Shown: positions 41,922-51,499 of the stretch, piece by piece
How positions within the stretch are numbered: position 1 is the stretch's first letter
How the letters are laid out: every line of letters starts with the position of its first letter
The notes under the pieces: generated by a model
Databases searched by the model: none
What the model saw: the letters and a program-made list of their open reading frames with translations, nothing else
Told to the model about the DNA's origin: nothing
Position numbers and translations under genes: made by a program
NCBI GenBank assembly: GCA_045106935.1
Contig: JBGCFN010000014.1
Span: forward strand, 562-64,561
Direction: 5' to 3'
DNA from: Gammaproteobacteria bacterium
GTDB taxonomy: Bacteria; Pseudomonadota; Gammaproteobacteria; UBA4575
DNA length: 64,000 bases

Positions 41922-42926
41922 CTATCGGTAAATAGTGCCGTTCTTAAGATGTGAGAATAGGTTCAACTGCGCCGCAATATTGATAATAAATGCAAGTACA
42001 ACACAACCAACTACAAACCATGCCATATTTATTCTCCTGAAAATTTTATTAATGACCTTGTATGCCATAAGTATACACAATTTAGGCATTGGGAAAAGTA
42101 TGTTGTCTATTAAACGCACCTCGTCTAGCCAAGCGGCCGTCAAAACCACAATTTTTTTAGTGGTATTGCTAATCGGTTGCAAATTAACCGCATCACGAAT
42201 ACTAAAATAATCTACGCGCATGCCTATTTTTTCTAGGTCTGTGCGCGCTGATGATTCTAAGCTGCTAATGGTCTCGATTGAGAATTGTGTTTTTACATGC
42301 TCCAAATTCGCATAAAGGTGTTTAGCAATCTTGCGCTGATCTGAATTTAGGTGAGTATTACGTGAGCTCATGGCCAGTCCATCATTCTCACGTTCAGTAT
42401 TTCCTGCGACGATGTCGATATTAAAATTCAGGTCGTTGACCATGCGGCGAATGATTAATAACTGTTGGTAGTCTTTGTTGCCAAATACGGCAATTTCAGG
42501 AGTGAGAATATTCAGTAGTTTGCAAACAATGGTACATACACCTTCAAAGTGTCCAGGCCGATAAAGCCCATCGAATTCTTGTGTGAGCTCAGGGATAAGA
42601 ATTTTTGGGGCGGATCGTAGGCCATGCGGGTATAGCGTTTCTGTATTGGGGCTGAACACTGCATCAACATTGAGTGTCTTTAATTGCTCTATGTCTGAGT
42701 CTAGCGTCCTTGGGTAATGAATAAAATCTTGTTCTTGATTAAATTGTAACGGGTTAACAAATATAGAGACGACCACTCGTTGACTTAACGATTGTGCGAG
42801 TTTTATTAAAGAGACATGTCCTTTGTGTAGATGCCCCATGGTGGGGACTAAGGCAATTTTATTTTTATTTGTTTTCCAATGGTGGATTGTGTCGCAGATA
42901 TCTTCGGGTTTGGTATATACCTTCAT
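41922..42926 (-). CDS. panC: Pantoate--beta-alanine ligase with an unusual ~55-aa hydrophobic C-terminal extension
   Basis: The N-terminus ALVPTMGHLHKGHVSLI carries the HxGH motif. The PanC homology ends near ...VRLIDN, but the ORF continues through ILFPMPKLCILMAYKVINKIFRRINMAWFVVGCVVLAFIINIAAQL... Confidence 0.85.
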   Translation of the reverse strand: MKVYTKPEDICDTIHHWKTNKNKIALVPTMGHLHKGHVSLIKLAQSLSQRVVVSIFVNPLQFNQEQDFIHYPRTLDSDIEQLKTLNVDAVFSPNTETLYPHGLRSAPKILIPELTQEFDGLYRPGHFEGVCTIVCKLLNILTPEIAVFGNKDYQQLLIIRRMVNDLNFNIDIVAGNTERENDGLAMSSRNTHLNSDQRKIAKHLYANLEHVKTQFSIETISSLESSARTDLEKIGMRVDYFSIRDAVNLQPISNTTKKIVVLTAAWLDEVRLIDNILFPMPKLCILMAYKVINKIFRRINMAWFVVGCVVLAFIINIAAQLNLFSHLKNGTIYR

Positions 42927-42947
42927 AATAGAAATGCGATACCAATA

Positions 42948-43739
42948 TTAAACTGGAAAATCGTTAGATTTAACTTCTTTTATATACTGGGCGACGGCAT
43001 CTTGAATGCTGCATGATTGCATATAATTTTTCGCAAATGGCGGAGTCTTTCCTGGTGTGATACCAAGAACATCTTGCAACACTAAAATTTGGCCATCACA
43101 GTCTTTGCCTGCGCCGATACCGATGACAGGGATGTTAACTGTTTTGGTGATTTCTGCTGCAAGTTTAGCGGGGATACATTCCACTAGTAATATGTCAGCA
43201 CCTGCTGCTTCTAAAGCGGTACTTGTCAGCAGTAATTCCTTAGCGGAATCTGAATCTGTACCTTGAGCAAGGTAGCCCCCAAGTTTATGAATATATTGTG
43301 GGCGTAATCCAAGATGTGCGCAGACTGGAATGCCACACGCGCTGAGTTCTTCAACTATTTCTGTCTGCCGCTGAGTGGCTTCTAATTTGACCATTTGCGC
43401 GCCGCCCTCTTGCATTAAGCGAGTGGCGTTATATAGCGCGCTATCAATATTGCTGTAGCTCATGAATGGCATGTCAGCAATAACCAAAGAATGATGCACA
43501 GCACCTGATACACATTCTGTGTGATAGATCATATCGTCCATGGTGACAGAGACAGTTGATGTGTTTCCTTGTATCACCATGCCTAATGAGTCTCCCACTA
43601 GAATGACATCCATGCCTGCTTGGTCAAGCAATTTAGCGAAGGCGGCATCATATGCCGTGAGACAAGCAATTTTTTCATTGTTGTCACGCATTTTCTGTAA
43701 CTGATTAATTGTTACGCCTAAGGAGTTTTGTGCGCTCAT
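42948..43739 (-). CDS. panB: 3-methyl-2-oxobutanoate hydroxymethyltransferase
   Basis: ...LTAYDAAFAKLLDQAGMDVILVGDSLGMV... is canonical KPHMT. Length 263 aa. Confidence 0.93.
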   Translation of the reverse strand: MSAQNSLGVTINQLQKMRDNNEKIACLTAYDAAFAKLLDQAGMDVILVGDSLGMVIQGNTSTVSVTMDDMIYHTECVSGAVHHSLVIADMPFMSYSNIDSALYNATRLMQEGGAQMVKLEATQRQTEIVEELSACGIPVCAHLGLRPQYIHKLGGYLAQGTDSDSAKELLLTSTALEAAGADILLVECIPAKLAAEITKTVNIPVIGIGAGKDCDGQILVLQDVLGITPGKTPPFAKNYMQSCSIQDAVAQYIKEVKSNDFPV

Positions 43740-43746
43740 GTTTGAC

Positions 43747-44397
43747 CTAACTTACAAACGGAAGTGGGTTGAAATAATGGCGGCCACTTTTAGTATTCAT
43801 GATTTGAGATTTTAATTGTTCGTAGTCACGTTCGTTATTAATGAAATCAATATCGCTCGCATTGACAATCAATAACGGAGTATCGTTATAGTGGTAAAAG
43901 AAGTCAGCGTATGCTTCGTTAAGCTGTTCTAAATAATTAGATTCAATAAAGCGTTCATAGTGACGGCCACGTTTTCGTATGCGTTCAATTAATGTAGGCA
44001 CTGGTGCTTGTAAGTACACCACTAAGTCAGGCTTGGGTGCATCAACTATCATGTGTTCATATACCTGAAGGTATAAGTCGTATTCTGTTGGTGTGAGTGT
44101 GACTTGTGCAAACAGCTGGTCTTTTTCAATTAAGTAATCGGCAATTTTAGACTGCGAAAATATACTGCCTTGACGTAGTTCTTGAATTTGTCGAGTGCGT
44201 TGCATTAAGAAGAAAAGTTGAGTTGATAATGCAGCTTCTCGGGGACGTTGATAAAACTGCTCAAGAAATGGATTGTCATCAATTTCTTCAAGCACTAATT
44301 CTGAATCAAAATCATTTGCTAACAGGCGTGCGAGGCTGGATTTTCCAACACCGATGGGGCCTTCAATAACAATGTAATCTGGTAGTGGAGTGGGCAT
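43747..44397 (-). CDS. Deoxynucleoside kinase family protein
   Basis: P-loop IVIEGPIGVGKSSLARLL, plus the ERF-like motif RHYERF typical of dNK/dCK/dGK enzymes. Length 216 aa. Confidence 0.75.
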   Translation of the reverse strand: MPTPLPDYIVIEGPIGVGKSSLARLLANDFDSELVLEEIDDNPFLEQFYQRPREAALSTQLFFLMQRTRQIQELRQGSIFSQSKIADYLIEKDQLFAQVTLTPTEYDLYLQVYEHMIVDAPKPDLVVYLQAPVPTLIERIRKRGRHYERFIESNYLEQLNEAYADFFYHYNDTPLLIVNASDIDFINNERDYEQLKSQIMNTKSGRHYFNPLPFVS

Positions 44398-44398
44398 C

Positions 44399-44899
44399 TT
44401 ATAATGGTAGTCTGGTGAGTCCGTTTGTATAGCATCGCGGTTGCAAGCGATGTATCGCTCCTAGATTTGGAATCATGAGGTTTTTATTCACTTCGTGCAA
44501 TGGGTAGAGTACAAATTCCCGCGTTTTTATTCCCGGATGAGGGACGGTAAGTGTCTGACTTTTAAATGAATAATTTCCATATACGAGAATATCTAAGTCT
44601 AGTGTACGCGGTCCCCAGCGTTCGCCATTTCGCGTTCTGCCATGCTCATTTTCAATTGCTTGTAATTTGATCAATAGCGACTGCGCATCTAATCTGGTTC
44701 TTAGCCATGCTACGGCATTAACATAAGGAGGTTGGTCAGGCGGCCCCATGGGGCGGCTTGAATACAAACTGGAAAATGAATGTAAGTCCGACAGATCAAT
44801 CAGTGCGAGTTGCTCTATAGCGCTAGCAACTTGTAGAAATGGATTTTTTAAGTTGCTGCCTATGCCAATATAAGCGTCTGTAATAAATTGGTTTCGCAT
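44399..44899 (-). CDS. folK: 2-amino-4-hydroxy-6-hydroxymethyldihydropteridine diphosphokinase
   Basis: AYIGIGSNL...PPYVNAVAWL...GPRTLDLDIL is canonical HPPK. Length 166 aa. Confidence 0.92.
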   Translation of the reverse strand: MRNQFITDAYIGIGSNLKNPFLQVASAIEQLALIDLSDLHSFSSLYSSRPMGPPDQPPYVNAVAWLRTRLDAQSLLIKLQAIENEHGRTRNGERWGPRTLDLDILVYGNYSFKSQTLTVPHPGIKTREFVLYPLHEVNKNLMIPNLGAIHRLQPRCYTNGLTRLPL

Positions 44900-44903
44900 G
44901 CTG

Positions 44904-46178
44904 TTACTGTTTGTTTTTTCGTTTACGTGGTGTGTGTTTTTTTTGATCCACCATTTTGCGTTGCTCTTGTTCAGATAAGGTTTGTATTTTTGTCCACCAA
45001 GTACAAATTTCTGAATCTAATTCTCCGGCTTGTGTGCGCAGGCACATGAAATCATAAGCTGCTCGAAAACGAGGGTGAGACATAAGCTGTAATGATTTGC
45101 GGCCATGTCTTTTTAGAAAGCGATTTTGTAATTTCCATATTTCACAGATAGTCACTGAGAATCTTTTGGGAATCGATATTACGCTTGATTGATCTAGCAC
45201 TGTTCTACGACCAGAAGCCCATGCCCCTTCAGAATAGGGAATCCCTTGTTGATTGCTTTGTTCTAGTAGCTGTAAATATGGGCGCCATAACATAATTGCA
45301 AATATAAATGCCGGATTGACTGACTTACCACTGCCGATGCGTGTATCGGTATTTTCTAGGGCATTATGTATTAATAAATTAAATGACTCGTCATGATCTA
45401 ATGCTTTCTTAGTGATAGGAAATAATACTTGTAGTAAGTGAAAATTGACTAGTTCTTGAAAGCAGCGTACAGCATAGCCGCTATGAAAAAGCTTAATCAC
45501 TTCGTCAAATAAACGTGCGGGTGGAATTTCTGCTAGTAAATGACCCATCGGCTTGATCGGATCTTCAGTGTTACTTTCGATGGTTAAATCTAATTTTGCA
45601 CGAAATCGAAGTGCTCTTAACATGCGGACGGGGTCTTCACGATAGCGAGTCTCAGCATCACCGATCATACATATTTTGCGTGCACGTAAATCTTGGTAGC
45701 CATTGCAGTAGTCCAAGACTTCAGAATTTTCAATGTCGTAGTAAAGCGCATTGATTGTAAAATCACGGCGAATCGCATCTTCTTCGATTGTGCCAAACGT
45801 ATTGTCTCTCAGTATTCTGCCATTACTCCCCGCATTAGTTGCTTGGTTGTTTGCTTGGGCGCGGAATGTGGATACTTCAATGTTATTGCGGTGAAAGTAC
45901 ACATGTACAATGCGAAACCGCCTGCCGATTAAGCGGCTATTATCAAATAGGTCACAAATCTGTTCGGGATGAGCATTTGTTGCGACATCAAAATCTTTGG
46001 GTTCAATGCCTAGTACGAGATCACGAACACAGCCCCCGACCAAGTACGCTTGGTAGTTTGCTTTTAATAGAGTTTCGACAACGTGGCGTGCTTGGCCACA
46101 AATTTTGCTTTCATCAATGCGATGTTCGCTAGCTGGAATTCTATTGAGGGCGTGTTGATTGTTATTAGTATTTTCCAC
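44904..46178 (-). CDS. pcnB: Poly(A) polymerase I
   Basis: Nucleotidyltransferase head GGCVRDLVLGIEPKDFDVAT and body RDFTINALYYD. Length 424 aa. Confidence 0.92.
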   Translation of the reverse strand: MENTNNNQHALNRIPASEHRIDESKICGQARHVVETLLKANYQAYLVGGCVRDLVLGIEPKDFDVATNAHPEQICDLFDNSRLIGRRFRIVHVYFHRNNIEVSTFRAQANNQATNAGSNGRILRDNTFGTIEEDAIRRDFTINALYYDIENSEVLDYCNGYQDLRARKICMIGDAETRYREDPVRMLRALRFRAKLDLTIESNTEDPIKPMGHLLAEIPPARLFDEVIKLFHSGYAVRCFQELVNFHLLQVLFPITKKALDHDESFNLLIHNALENTDTRIGSGKSVNPAFIFAIMLWRPYLQLLEQSNQQGIPYSEGAWASGRRTVLDQSSVISIPKRFSVTICEIWKLQNRFLKRHGRKSLQLMSHPRFRAAYDFMCLRTQAGELDSEICTWWTKIQTLSEQEQRKMVDQKKHTPRKRKNKQ

Positions 46179-46209
46179 CGGCTAATTATAGAGGGATCTA
46201 ACATCATGA

Positions 46210-46247
46210 TGGAAAAAAAAGGCGACCTAATGGCCGCCTTTTTGAAC
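46210..46247 (-). terminator. Putative intrinsic terminator downstream of amtB
   Basis: AAAAAAAAGGCGACCTAATGGCCGCCTTTTTG: a 7-bp GC-rich stem with one mismatch, flanked by A8 and T5 tracts. Confidence 0.55.
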
Positions 46248-46260
46248 TATTTACTGAAAT

Positions 46261-47556
46261 TTAAAGGTTGTAACCTTTTTCTTCGTGTTGAGTGATGTCC
46301 AAGCCATTGCGTTCTTGTTCATCTGTTGCTCGTAATCCGCAGATAAGACCGGTTACTTTTAGAACAATGTAGCTTGCAATCGCTGTCCAAACAATGACTG
46401 CAGCCACTGCGGTAAGTTGGACGCCAAATTGATCTGCAATGCTGACGCCTTCAGCTAAACCGGCTCCACCGAATTGAGAGGCAACAAAGATTCCAGCAAG
46501 CAATGTTCCAATGATTCCGCCAACACCATGGACAGGGAATACATCAAGTGAATCATCAATATGCAATGTTCGCTTCATGAAGTTAGTGGCTGAGAAACAG
46601 ACAATCCCTGCGGTGATGCCAATGACAATTGCTCCCATGGGGCCGACGAAGCCAGAGGCAGGAGTAATACTGCCAAGGCCTGCCACCATGCCGGTGACAA
46701 TACCTAATACACTTGGCTTGCCGTACTTAATCCACTCAATCACCATCCAGGTGAGTGATGCAATTGCAGCACTAATGTGAGTCACTAGAATAGCCATGCC
46801 CGCATCGCCGTTTGCCGCTAATGCGCTTCCACCATTAAAGCCGAACCAGCCCACCCATAACATACCGGCACCGGTCACGGTCATGGTCATATTGTGTGGA
46901 GGTAAAGGAGTATTGGGAAAACCGTTGCGTTTACCTAAGACAATGGCTGCAACTAAGGCACCTACGCCTGCCGTAATGTGAACAACAAGTCCGCCGGCAA
47001 AATCTAATGCGCCTTTATCACCAAGCCAACCTCCGCCCCATACCCAATGACAGACGGGGAAGTAGACTAGAATCATCCACAAAACAGTAAACCAAAGCAT
47101 TGCGGAAAATTTCATTCTTTCTGCAAACCCACCAATGACAAGTGCGGGTGTAATGATGGCAAACGTCATTTGGAACATAACAAACACAGACTCTGGGATA
47201 TCACCAGACATGCTCTCGCGTGACACTTGAGAAAGAAATAGATTGTCGAATCCGCCAATCCATTGATTCAGAGAACCATGCGCGGTGAAACTCATGCTGT
47301 AACCAAATACCAGCCATACAACGGAAGCGACGCATGTAATGGTAAAGCACTGCATGAGCACAGACAGCACGTTTTTGCTACGTACAAGACCTGCATAAAA
47401 TAATGAAAGCCCGGGAATAGTCATGAATAGCACTAAGGCTGTAGAAGTTAAAATCCAAGATGTATTGGCACCGTTTAACTCGTCGGCACTAGCCAGTACT
47501 GGAAGTAAAAATAATAGTATGCACATAAGTGCATTTTTTTTGTTTAGATAAATCAT
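46261..47556 (-). CDS. amtB: Ammonium transporter AmtB
   Basis: Signal peptide plus 11 TM helices. Amt signature (DFAGG...VHI.AG, GAxAER). Downstream of glnK. Confidence 0.93.
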   Translation of the reverse strand: MIYLNKKNALMCILLFLLPVLASADELNGANTSWILTSTALVLFMTIPGLSLFYAGLVRSKNVLSVLMQCFTITCVASVVWLVFGYSMSFTAHGSLNQWIGGFDNLFLSQVSRESMSGDIPESVFVMFQMTFAIITPALVIGGFAERMKFSAMLWFTVLWMILVYFPVCHWVWGGGWLGDKGALDFAGGLVVHITAGVGALVAAIVLGKRNGFPNTPLPPHNMTMTVTGAGMLWVGWFGFNGGSALAANGDAGMAILVTHISAAIASLTWMVIEWIKYGKPSVLGIVTGMVAGLGSITPASGFVGPMGAIVIGITAGIVCFSATNFMKRTLHIDDSLDVFPVHGVGGIIGTLLAGIFVASQFGGAGLAEGVSIADQFGVQLTAVAAVIVWTAIASYIVLKVTGLICGLRATDEQERNGLDITQHEEKGYNL

Positions 47557-47569
47557 CCTCTTCCTCTCT

Positions 47570-47935
<366 letters not shown>

Positions 47936-47960
47936 CTAGAAGAGGGCAGTATGCCATCGA

Positions 47961-48009
47961 ATAATGTGAGTGGCACCCATTTATGGTGCAATAAAATTAA
48001 TTGCACAGT
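47961..48009. promoter_or_regulatory. Cluster of overlapping TGCA-type palindromes upstream of glnK-amtB, putative NtrC/enhancer sites
   Basis: TTGCACagttataGTGCAA (47991-48009), GTGCAATaaaattaATTGCAC (47977-47996) and TGGCACccatttatGGTGCA (47961-47980). They resemble the NtrC consensus TGCACC-N5-GGTGCA. Confidence 0.45.
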
Positions 48010-48040
48010 TATAGTGCAATATGGCTTGTTGTTTAGATGG

Positions 48041-49024
48041 TTATGGCCGTTGTGCAGAAAAAATGGCGCGTTTTGGTGCAGGATGACCTTCAATAGTTTT
48101 GCTGTGATCGTTTGAATCAAGGAAGTTGGCGAGAGAATAATTTTGCATCCACGATGTTGCGCGTTGCTCATCAAGTGTGGTTGTTTGAATGCTGTGTAGT
48201 TGTATATTTATATAACCACTGTCATGTAACCAGGATTGAACTAAAGATGGACTGGGGACACTCCAGACATTTCGCATTCCGGCATATCGATCTTGAGGGA
48301 TCAATTGCGTGCACTCATCAGTGTCTATGACTAATGTTTCGATGAATACCGTGCCGCCCGATAGTGTGTGCTGATGCAAACGATTTAAATGTTCAAGTGG
48401 GTCGCGACGATGATATAAAACACCCATCGAAAATACACAATCAAATTGATTTATTTGGGGAGGCAGCTCTTCAAATGGGATTGGTAACAAATGGGCGTTG
48501 ATATTTCGGTCAATACATTGAATGAGGCCATAATATTGGGCTAAGAATACGAGTGTTGGGTCTACGCCTATCACGCATTCAGCACCATCACCTAACATGC
48601 GTAGCATGTAGTAACCGTTTCCACAGCCCACATCTAAAACTTTTTTATTTTTAAGAGAAGGTAAGTAATTTTGTATGCGTTGCCATTTTTTGTCGCATCG
48701 CCATTCAGTATCTATATGTGTGCCAAAAAAATTGAATGGGCCTTTGCGCCATGGGTGTAATGCCGTTAATGATTCAAGGACAATTTCATGCTGTGAAGCA
48801 GTCAGATCTTCAGGAGTACCAATTTCTATGATGTGGGTGTCGAATTTAAAGTATTCACTGTGAGCGAATGAAAGTTGCTTAACAGCAGATTGCCATTTTG
48901 GAAAGTGCCCATGTGAAGGTTTGAGAAAAACAGTCTCTAGCTTATTAGCTAGTATGGATTTCCATTGCGCATCACAGGAGAGATGATCTAACTCAAATAG
49001 ATGAGTGAAGTATTCTAGATTCAT
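48041..49024 (-). CDS. cmoB: tRNA U34 carboxymethyltransferase CmoB
   Basis: Class I MTase motif VLDVGCGNGYYMLRM. The likely start is MNLEYFTHLFELD... at 49024. The track ORF is 18 codons longer and overlaps cmoA. Confidence 0.88.
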   Translation of the reverse strand: MNLEYFTHLFELDHLSCDAQWKSILANKLETVFLKPSHGHFPKWQSAVKQLSFAHSEYFKFDTHIIEIGTPEDLTASQHEIVLESLTALHPWRKGPFNFFGTHIDTEWRCDKKWQRIQNYLPSLKNKKVLDVGCGNGYYMLRMLGDGAECVIGVDPTLVFLAQYYGLIQCIDRNINAHLLPIPFEELPPQINQFDCVFSMGVLYHRRDPLEHLNRLHQHTLSGGTVFIETLVIDTDECTQLIPQDRYAGMRNVWSVPSPSLVQSWLHDSGYINIQLHSIQTTTLDEQRATSWMQNYSLANFLDSNDHSKTIEGHPAPKRAIFSAQRP

Positions 49025-49032
49025 CGATTGCT

Positions 49033-49758
49033 TTACTTGATCGCGATAAATGATACAAAGTTGAGGCATTGAAACCAAAGAGTCACTTTGCTGAAGCCAA
49101 CATCTAGTAATCTTTGCTGGTGATCATCTAAAGATTCACGAGTTAATACATTCTCAATGGCCTTTCTTTTCTGGCTAATTTCAAGCTGGCTGTATTGATT
49201 GGCTGATTTGAAGTTGGCGTGTAAGACTTGAAATAGTTCTTCAGTGGTGCTGTTTTGTAAAATTATTTTTTCCGTGAGAATGCATGCTCCACCAGTATTC
49301 ATACCAGTGACAATCTTCTTCAGCAATTCATGTCTTTGATCTAGAGGTAAGAATTGTAGTGTCAGATTGAGCACAACGACAGATGCGTTTTGAATATCAG
49401 TCGTATTAATATCTTCCAGTAATGTGTTGATCCATGCAGAGGCTTTAGCTTGTGTGACTAATTGATTGCATTGTTCGATCATTGCGGAGGAATTATCGAT
49501 TGCATGAATCGTGATGGAATCATGAGGGAGGCAATTAAATATTGATAATGCTGCCGCGCCGTGTGAGCAGCCTAGGTCATAGCAATTCGTGTTCGGGCGT
49601 AAAAAATAGGCGGCAATTGGACCAATGTTTGCGATTAATGTTCTGTAACCGGGGACAGAGCGATCCACCATGTCATCGAAAGCATCACTTACTGCCTTGT
49701 CAAAACTAAAGTCTTCTATGTTTTGTAAAGGTTGCTTGTATATTTCGTCTTTACTCAT
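49033..49758 (-). CDS. cmoA: Carboxy-S-adenosyl-L-methionine synthase CmoA
   Basis: MTase motif CYDLGCSHGAA. Length 241 aa. Upstream of cmoB. Confidence 0.9.
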   Translation of the reverse strand: MSKDEIYKQPLQNIEDFSFDKAVSDAFDDMVDRSVPGYRTLIANIGPIAAYFLRPNTNCYDLGCSHGAAALSIFNCLPHDSITIHAIDNSSAMIEQCNQLVTQAKASAWINTLLEDINTTDIQNASVVVLNLTLQFLPLDQRHELLKKIVTGMNTGGACILTEKIILQNSTTEELFQVLHANFKSANQYSQLEISQKRKAIENVLTRESLDDHQQRLLDVGFSKVTLWFQCLNFVSFIAIK

Positions 49759-49776
49759 GCAGCATGAAATAGAAAA

Positions 49777-50232
49777 TTATTGTGCACCTGGTGGTTTCGC
49801 TGGAAGACCACCCATGATTAAATCTAAAGTTTGACGCAGTACGCGCCCCTTGCCATTGGGTGTATCTCTTTCTTCTGCGCGCATTAAGCCTGCATGAAAT
49901 GCATGAGATAGATCAGGGCATTCATCACCAGCTTCATATAGGACACGATAGGCCACCCCTTCATAAAGTCTTATAGTGATAGGTAAACCACCTGCATTCC
50001 AAATGCGTGAACCCATGTTAATTGTTTCGGCAACTTCTAATAAAAGTGGGCTGAATTTTGTGCAGCTTTCTTTAATAGACGTTTGAAATGCTTTCGGATT
50101 GGCAAGTGCGTCATCGAGAACTTGAGCCATTTGTTGTTTGCTTAATGGGGTGGTTTCTTTGTCGCTTGTTGGTAGGCAAGCAGACAACGCGCATAAGCTT
50201 AGAGAGAGAATAATGATTGAGTAAATCCGCAT
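49777..50232 (-). CDS. Hypothetical lipoprotein (151 aa)
   Basis: Lipobox LCALSAC. No other motif. Confidence 0.5.
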   Translation of the reverse strand: MRIYSIIILSLSLCALSACLPTSDKETTPLSKQQMAQVLDDALANPKAFQTSIKESCTKFSPLLLEVAETINMGSRIWNAGGLPITIRLYEGVAYRVLYEAGDECPDLSHAFHAGLMRAEERDTPNGKGRVLRQTLDLIMGGLPAKPPGAQ

Positions 50233-50327
50233 TGCGAGTCCTCGTAGAGGTTGAGGCTAAGCATTTGAGCATAGCCATTCGCTAATGTCTAATGAGCATC
50301 AGGTGGGAAGGTATGTCTTGGAATAAA

Positions 50328-50369
50328 TTAGTTTTTCTCCAACAAAAAACTGTGTTGGAGAAAAACTAA
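50328..50369. terminator. Perfect 17-bp inverted repeat (hairpin) 5 nt after the GGDEF gene stop. Intrinsic terminator or palindromic binding site.
   Basis: TTAGTTTTTCTCCAACA-aaaaactg-TGTTGGAGAAAAACTAA. On the minus strand it is followed by TTTATTCC. Confidence 0.5.
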
Positions 50370-50373
50370 TGAA

Positions 50374-51489
50374 TTAGTCTTCAAGAAAGATTACTTGATC
50401 GCGGCCACTTTGCTTGGCTTGATAGAGTGCTTTGTCAGCACGCTGCAGTAAATGTCTGCCGATAAGTTTTGGATCTTCATTGTGTCTTTGTTGAAAATCA
50501 ATAGTGGAGACACCTACAGAGACAGTAATGTTGATATTGTTATCTGTATTCTTAAATTTTGTGTCAGCAATAATAGCGCGTATTCGCTCTGCAATTTCTA
50601 TTGCTCTCGCTTTTCCGCTTTGACCTAAAAGAATAGCAAACTCTTCTCCACCATATCTGGCCACCACATCGATAGAGCGAGTTTGTGCGCGGACTAGCTC
50701 AGCGACTTTCTTTAATACCGTGTCACCAACATCATGGCCAAAACTATCGTTAATAATCTTAAAGTGATCGATGTCGATAAATAAACAGCCCAAGCTAGTT
50801 TCTAAGCGTTTGTTGCGTGAAATTTCTTCTTCTAATCGTTGATCGAAGAAGCGTCGATTATTAATACCTGTTAATGCGTCTGTTAAGCCTGCTTGCTTGA
50901 GTCTTTCATGTGCAATCGCTGTATGTAGGCAGGTGGCGAGTACGGCAGCCAAATGTTGTAAGAAATCAGTCGCACTACCTTTTTGGAAACGTTCTAGTTT
51001 ATAACTGCCAAGATTAAGACTGCCTAGCAAACAATTGTTTCTTTGCAGAGGTAGTAATGCAACGCTGCGCGGGTACTTTTGGCTGTCTAAGAATAGTGGG
51101 CGATGTTTATCTAACTCGAATTTGCCTAAGGTGGGTTTACGCGTCATCCCATAAATATGTTTTACATGTGTGATGTCGGGCAGTAGCTGTAAAGCGGGTT
51201 GTTTATCAGGATTCTCTCCGGATTCTTTTAGCAGCTTATAAATTTTACGATCTTCATCATGCAGAATGATAGTCAACGTATCCCAGCCAAATGTTGAGCG
51301 ACTATGATGAGTGATAATTTGAATTAACTCTGATAATGAACTGCAGCTTAGGAGTTTGAGTTCCAAGTATTGGAATTTTTTGAGAATTTTTTCGTTGTTG
51401 CGCGCGTCATCGTAAACTGACTCTAAACGTTGCTTGAGAGTTTCGACTTCACTTAACTCTAACTTGGTTTGTTTTGGTTGCGCGGCCAT
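50374..51489 (-). CDS. Diguanylate cyclase (GGDEF) with N-terminal GAF-like sensor
   Basis: Intact A-site RYGGEEFAILL. Length 371 aa. Confidence 0.85.
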   Translation of the reverse strand: MAAQPKQTKLELSEVETLKQRLESVYDDARNNEKILKKFQYLELKLLSCSSLSELIQIITHHSRSTFGWDTLTIILHDEDRKIYKLLKESGENPDKQPALQLLPDITHVKHIYGMTRKPTLGKFELDKHRPLFLDSQKYPRSVALLPLQRNNCLLGSLNLGSYKLERFQKGSATDFLQHLAAVLATCLHTAIAHERLKQAGLTDALTGINNRRFFDQRLEEEISRNKRLETSLGCLFIDIDHFKIINDSFGHDVGDTVLKKVAELVRAQTRSIDVVARYGGEEFAILLGQSGKARAIEIAERIRAIIADTKFKNTDNNINITVSVGVSTIDFQQRHNEDPKLIGRHLLQRADKALYQAKQSGRDQVIFLED

Positions 51490-51499
51490 TTAAGTCTTC

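Noticed and set aside
47961-47980. TGGCAC...GGTGCA read as a sigma-54 -24/-12 promoter for glnK
   Set aside because: The GG-to-GC spacing is 16 instead of 12, and it is on the wrong strand for glnK. It fits an NtrC-type palindrome better.
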